Shown here: in pieces, positions 58,086-63,846 of the stretch
How positions within the stretch are numbered: position 1 is the stretch's first letter
Layout of the letters: each line of letters starts with the position of its first letter
Program-made: the position numbers and the translations under genes
Assembly: GCA_051294375.1 (NCBI GenBank)
Contig: CM119268.1
Coordinates: forward strand, 16,107,682-16,171,527
Length of the DNA: 63,846 bases
Direction: 5' to 3'
From: Paraspadella gotoi
Lineage: Eukaryota; Animalia; Chaetognatha
The notes under the pieces: generated by a model
Seen by the model: the letters and a program-made list of their open reading frames with translations, nothing else
Databases searched by the model: none
Told to the model about the DNA's origin: nothing

Positions 58086-59164
58086 CGCGCGCCAGAGGAC
58101 ATATTATATGCAAAGAAGGTTGGGATTCTATGCAAACAAGAAGAAGCAGCACCTGCTTCGCGGTAGTTTGGGTAAAAAACTAAATTGTTTATTTTCCTTT
58201 CTGCATAAGAGGGGAGGGGGGTAAAAAAAGTATTTTTCGATTCTAATCAGTAAAAACAATGATTTAAATTCTGTATTTTCATTCGAAAGAGAATAAGAAA
58301 CGAAATCACATTCCAGGAGCCACAACACGATTTGCTTAGCGGTTTTCATTCGCTTAGAAGGTACAAAAATCACAACTCATAAGCTCCAAAAAAAAAAAGA
58401 AGATGCAAAAAGCTGAGAAAAAAAATTTATAAAGCGCGATGTCTATTTTCTAAATTTGAAATGACGTCAAAAAATCATTTTAGAAGAGGTATATTTATAA
58501 ATTTGAGTTACTAAGTGTAAAAAGCCCAAATTTGACACAACCAAAAAGATATTATCATATTAGGAGAGAAAATACGTTTAAAAAGCCGTGGGAAAAATGG
58601 GGAGGAAAAAAGAAAAAAGAAAAAAAGAAAGAAGAAAATAACAAAGAAACGCGCGAGAGAATAATTGACCGAAGAAAAGAGGGAATTGCGACGGTTTTCC
58701 TCCCAAAAATAAGTTAGTGCATTCGTGAGCTGAATTTCAAATCGGCTTTCAAGTTAAGCGGGGTTTTTTAAGGTTCGCCATTAACCGAACCCCGAACCGC
58801 CGAAAATCCTATCTTAATACAAAACGAACGGTTCAGCCGCTCACGTTTTAATCGCCTCGAACGCTTTTAACCGATTCCTCTTTTCAAATGGTTCATTTCG
58901 CTGTTTTAAAACTCGGTGTTTCTTTTCGACATACCGCTCCTCTCTGCCACTCCATGTGTTCAGCCAAAATACCATCAACTGCCTCTCCTTTAACCCTCGG
59001 TCCCAGTTCATTCCACTCTAACATTGTTGCATTGCCACCCTGCCACTCTTGCTACTCTTTTCACCCCATCGCGCTATCCACCAGCTCCTCAGTCACGTCC
59101 GTTGCTTTAAGCTATTTCGTCATTATCTTCATTCCTTCCATTAAACCTGATCCCTCGCCTTTCT

Positions 59165-59267
<103 letters not shown>

Positions 59268-59591
59268 ACTTCTTTTCAACATACTGTTATGTTGGCTGTT
59301 GCACATCTGTCGTCAAGCTTTCAACCAGTTTTCGACGGTAGCCCCAAACAGTAAATCATCCTTAGAAAAAGACGTCATGTCTAATACAAAGTGTATTTTA
59401 TTTCATTTTATTGTATTTTATTCCCTTCAGATTTTTTCAGTATTCTCCGATTCGAAAAAACCTTCCTTGGCTTCTTTTTTTCTTAGTTAATTAATTAATT
59501 AATGAATAATTCTATTTATCTTATAAAACGAGTTATTTCAACACTCGGCTCTCTCATTCCATTTTCGTTTTTTTTTATTTTTTTACTTCTG

Positions 59592-59750
59592 TTTTTAGTT
59601 GCGCCGCGAGTACTCGCGGAGAAACTCTATAAGTCACTTTTTGGTCGGTCGGTCCGTCGGACCGTCAGTATGTCTGTTCGTCGGTCTGTCCCACTTACAT
59701 TAAAAACGTGCCTATAGTTTGTTGCTCATTTGTTGAAAATCAAATCTAAG
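59592..59750 (-). mobile_element. Short Helentron/DINE-like element, reverse copy of 8130-8309
   Basis: tttttagttgcgccgcgagtactcgcggagaaactctata then ggtcggtcggtccgtc..., reverse complement of the 8130-8309 architecture. Confidence 0.6.
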
Positions 59751-61029
59751 CNNNNNNNNNNGCGACGACGGCGGATGAGACCGCGAAAAAAAAATGGCGA
59801 CGACGAAAAGCGACACGGAAGTTCCGTGTCGAAACGACGACGACGGAGACGAATCGATGACGACAAACAACGGAAAAAGAAAAAAAAGAAAAAAGAAATT
59901 AATGTTAGGGGAGCCTAACTCGGGGTAAGGTGGTAAAGAAATTTGAATCAAGCTCCTGCTCAAACCAAAATTTAAACATTTTTTAAAAAAATTTAAATAG
60001 ACAAAAAAATTTAATATTACTCCATACCCCATATATTAATTTTTTAATATTTATTTATGAATAGGAAAGGCCCAAAATTTTTTAGAATTTTTTTTATTTT
60101 TAAGATAAGATTCAGGTTGCTTGCAAAAAGTTGTCTACACAAGGTATAATTCTTTTTTCGAATTTTTTGATCATAAGTGGGTGAAAAATATGAAAAACTA
60201 TTTGATAGACATTGTATTTAGACTTTCTCTTTTGTTGTTATTTGACTCTTGAGTCGAAACATGTCCGATTTTTATTTGTAAAAAATAAAAACGAATTGTT
60301 GTTAAAAAAAAAGCAACAATAAAAGCATTAAAATCGAGCTTTTTTTTTTAAACCCCCGCCCCTATTGAATTTAATTTCAATAGTAGATTTCTATTAATGT
60401 TAAAAAATGGATGACGTTGACGTCCAAAGAAGACGACGAAGACGAAGCAAATTGTAAGCGAACAAGAACGGTAATTACAATGTGTTGCCCCACAGTGACT
60501 TTATTTTCCCGTTTATTTCCCTTTGATCACATGATATGACATGACATGACATGACTATAAAACTTTTTTTGCTCGTGTATTGAAGACATGCGCTGCAGCA
60601 AAATACCATTTTTAATTCTTTATAGTTTTAGGAATTCCTGAAAGCGGCGCTAGCAGTCCCTTAGTTTTGAGGTTTTTTTCTGAATTAACAAATGAGCAAC
60701 GTAAGTGGGACGGACCGACGGACAGACATACCGACGGACCGAGAGACAGTTTGCATTAGTTCGTGACTAATTCAAACTATGGGTGGCGCCATAATTAAAA
60801 CGAAGATAATGACGATAAATGTTGCAAGATAAAACAATGACAATGATAACATCGACAAGGGATGACATGGAAAAATAGTTGGAGATAACGACNNNNNNNN
60901 NNNNNNNNNNNNNNNNNNNNNNNNNNNNNNNNNNNNNNNNNNNNNNNNNNNNNNNNNNNNNNNNNNNNNNNNNNNNNNNNNNNNNNNNNNNNNNNNNNNN
61001 NNNNNNNNNNNNNNNNNNNNNNNNNNNNN

Positions 61030-61060
<31 letters not shown>

Positions 61061-61469
61061 CTTAAGTAGATGAGGGCGTTGATAACAACGGAAGAGGTTC
61101 ACCGTGATCATTTTTTTGTCAATCATAATGTTCATAATGATGAAGGTCGATTAATAGATTGCTGCTAAAGAATTAGAGACTGATATATGGATAGATTGAT
61201 ATAAAGATGGATGGTAAGAAAAATGGATAAAAAATATAAATAGAGCGAAAAGCAAAAACTCTAGAATTTTAAATTTGACAGAGGATTTTAACCCCTGAGT
61301 AATAAAATTAAATCTAATGAAACTGACTGAAAAGATGAGGATTACTGTATTTAATGGCCTCATTTAGACTTTCTGGCGTCACCAAATAAAACGAGACCAA
61401 CATCAAAACTTTTAGAATCATCTTCGTTTTCATTTTATTTCTCATGCTCAATTTAGAAAGAGGGAGAGA

Positions 61470-61718
61470 TGTAAAAAAAAAAAAAAGTACAAGATAAAAA
61501 AAAAAAAAAAAAACACAACAAACAAAAAACAAATCAAAAAAAAAAAAAAAAAAAACAACAAAACAAAAAAAAAACACCACAGAAAACCAAAAACAAAAAT
61601 AAAAATAAAAAAATATAAATAAAAAAAAAAAAAAAAAAAAAAAACAAAAAAAAAAAAAAAAAAAAAAAAACATTGAAAAACATGAAAAAAAAAACAATAA
61701 AAAAACAAAAAAAAACAA

Positions 61719-61750
<32 letters not shown>

Positions 61751-63390
61751 GAAAATAACAAAAACGTATAACAGCAAAAAATAAAAAAAAATAATAAAAA
61801 ACAAAAAGAAAAAATAAAAAAAAAAAAAAAAAAAAAAGAAAGAGAAGAAAAAAAAACGTAAACAAAATAAAAACAAAAAAAGAAAAAAACAAAAAAAACA
61901 AAACAAAAAAAAAAAAAGAAAATAAAAACAAAAAAAAAAAAAATATAACCAATAAAATACACAAAAAAAAATAATAACACATTAAAAAAAAAAAAGCAAT
62001 AAAAAACAAAACAAAAAACGATAAAAAATAAAAAAAAAACCAAAAAAAAAAATAAAAACGAAAAAAAACGAAAGAAAATAAAAAAAAAAACAAAAGAAAA
62101 AAAACAAACAAAAAAAGAACACAAAAAAAAAACCAAAAAAAGAAAAAAACCAAAAAAAAAACAAACAAACAGAAAAAAAAAAAAAACTGAAAAAAAGACG
62201 AAGAAAACAAAAAAAAATAAAAATAAAAAAAAAAAAGGAACAAAAAACACAAAAAAAAAATAAAATATGAAAAACAATTAAACAACGAAAAACACAAAAA
62301 AAAAAAACAGAAAAACAAAACAAAAAAAAACTAAAGAAAAAAAACAACAAAAAAAAAACAAAAAACACACAACAACAAAAAAAAAAGAAAACTAGAAACA
62401 AAACAACAACAAAAAAAAAGAAAACAAACGAAAAAAAAAATAAAACAACAAAAAACACTAACAAAAAAAAAAAACAAACCTAAAAAATAAAAAAAAAAAA
62501 AAAATAAAAAATACGGTTACAAAAAAAATAAAGAAAAAATGACAAAGATAAACAAAGAAAAAAAAATAAACAAAAAAAAAAAAAACAAAAAAAAAAAAGG
62601 CAATAAAAAAAGAAAATGCGAACATAAAAAAAAAAAAAAAATAAAAAAACAAAAAAAAACAAAAAAAAAACAACAAAAACAAAAAAAACAAAAAAAAAAT
62701 ACATAAAAAAAAAAAACAACAAAACAAAAAAAAAACAACAAGAAAACAAAAATTAAAAGATAAAAAAAAAAAAAATAAAAACAAAAAAAAAACAAACACC
62801 AAAAAAAAAAAAAACAACTAAAACACACAAACAGAAACAAAAACAGAAATGCGGTTGGAAAAAAACAAAAACAAAACGAAAAAAAAAAAAAAAAAAAACA
62901 ACAAAATAAAAGACGAAACAAAAAAAAAAAAAGAAAAAAAAAAAATAAAAAAAAAAACCCCAAAAAAAAACCAAAAATAAAACAAAAAACCAACAAAAAA
63001 CAACAAAAACCTGTATAAAAACGCAAAAAAAACAACAACAAACGCAAAATAATTCAACAAACCACAGCAAAAAAGAAGACTGCACTCAAAAAAAACTAAA
63101 AGAAAACAAAAAAACGAAGCAAACACCACAAGCGCAAAAAAAATATGAAAACTAAATAAAAAAGCAAAACAAACCAAACAAAAAGGAACAGAAAAACATA
63201 TTACTTTAAAAAAAAAAAAAACAAATAAAAACAAAAAATAAAAAACCACAAAAAGAACAAAAAGAAAAACAAATACAAATAGAACTATAAAAAAAAACAA
63301 CAAATAAAAAACAAATAAACACATAAAAAAAAACAAAAAAAGAAAAAAAAAAAAAAAAAAACAAAATACAAAAACAAAATAAAAAAAACA
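61470..63390. other. A-rich low-complexity tract, probable low-quality read sequence
   Basis: About 1.9 kb of A with scattered C, grading into a third copy of the 49400-50520 block. Confidence 0.8.
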
Positions 63391-63846
63391 ATACACAACG
63401 AAATTGCTAATTAAAAGGAGTTCTGGAAACGTACAGAAGTAAGCAAGAAGCGAAATCAGGTTAATAAACAACTGCACAACGTCGCGACGTTTCGCTTTAA
63501 ACTAAACAATCGAGATAAAAACACAACAACTAAATACAAAATAAATAAAGATTCGTTATCATCCCAAATTAATCCTAATTAACTCACGAATGGCGACGAG
63601 CTTGGCGACGTCCCCGGCCTGCCCTGGGATGGCGTGCATCGTTGTCGGCCGGCGACTTCGCGGCACGTATGCCAACAACTGGCAATTCGAAGGAAGAAGG
63701 GTGGCGTTGGAAGGGAGGCGCGGCCACGAGCATCAGGCCGGCTGAAGGGGCGGCCCGAGGATGGAGGCGGGCCGAGGAGGAAAGTTGAGCGTCGCATGGA
63801 AAGGAAAAAAAGGCGGAAGTGTGTTTGGTTAAGAGTCTAATTTAAC

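Noticed and set aside
61314-63477. Long Phe-rich ORFs (also 5427-6119 and many SLSL/RERE/KKER ORFs)
   Set aside because: Translations of homopolymer, microsatellite or N-gap sequence.

Overview
Eukaryotic (animal-like, intron-rich, microsatellite-rich) draft genomic sequence with N-gaps and indel-rich segments that look like poorly corrected long reads. Two spliced + strand transporter genes can be reconstructed exon by exon with consistent splice phases: an SLC37A1/A2-type sugar-phosphate exchanger (about 17909-28971) and a LIV-1 family ZIP12/ZIP4-like zinc transporter (about 30558/30645-34111). Much of the remainder is near-identical segmental duplication (probably haplotype or assembly redundancy), Helentron/DINE-like and other repeats, and low-complexity DNA. 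The most notable observation is a set of small non-coding LTR retroelements. One is complete (37854-38615, 4-bp TSD, extended tRNA-Trp-like primer-binding site), two are solo LTRs with 4-bp TSDs, and one is a solo LTR of a second, divergent family. The LTRs carry a circularly permuted (type-P5-like, mini-P1) twister ribozyme fold supported by compensatory base changes between the two families, making this a candidate twister-based LTR 'retrozyme'. All homology statements are from recall of family motifs; no searches were run.
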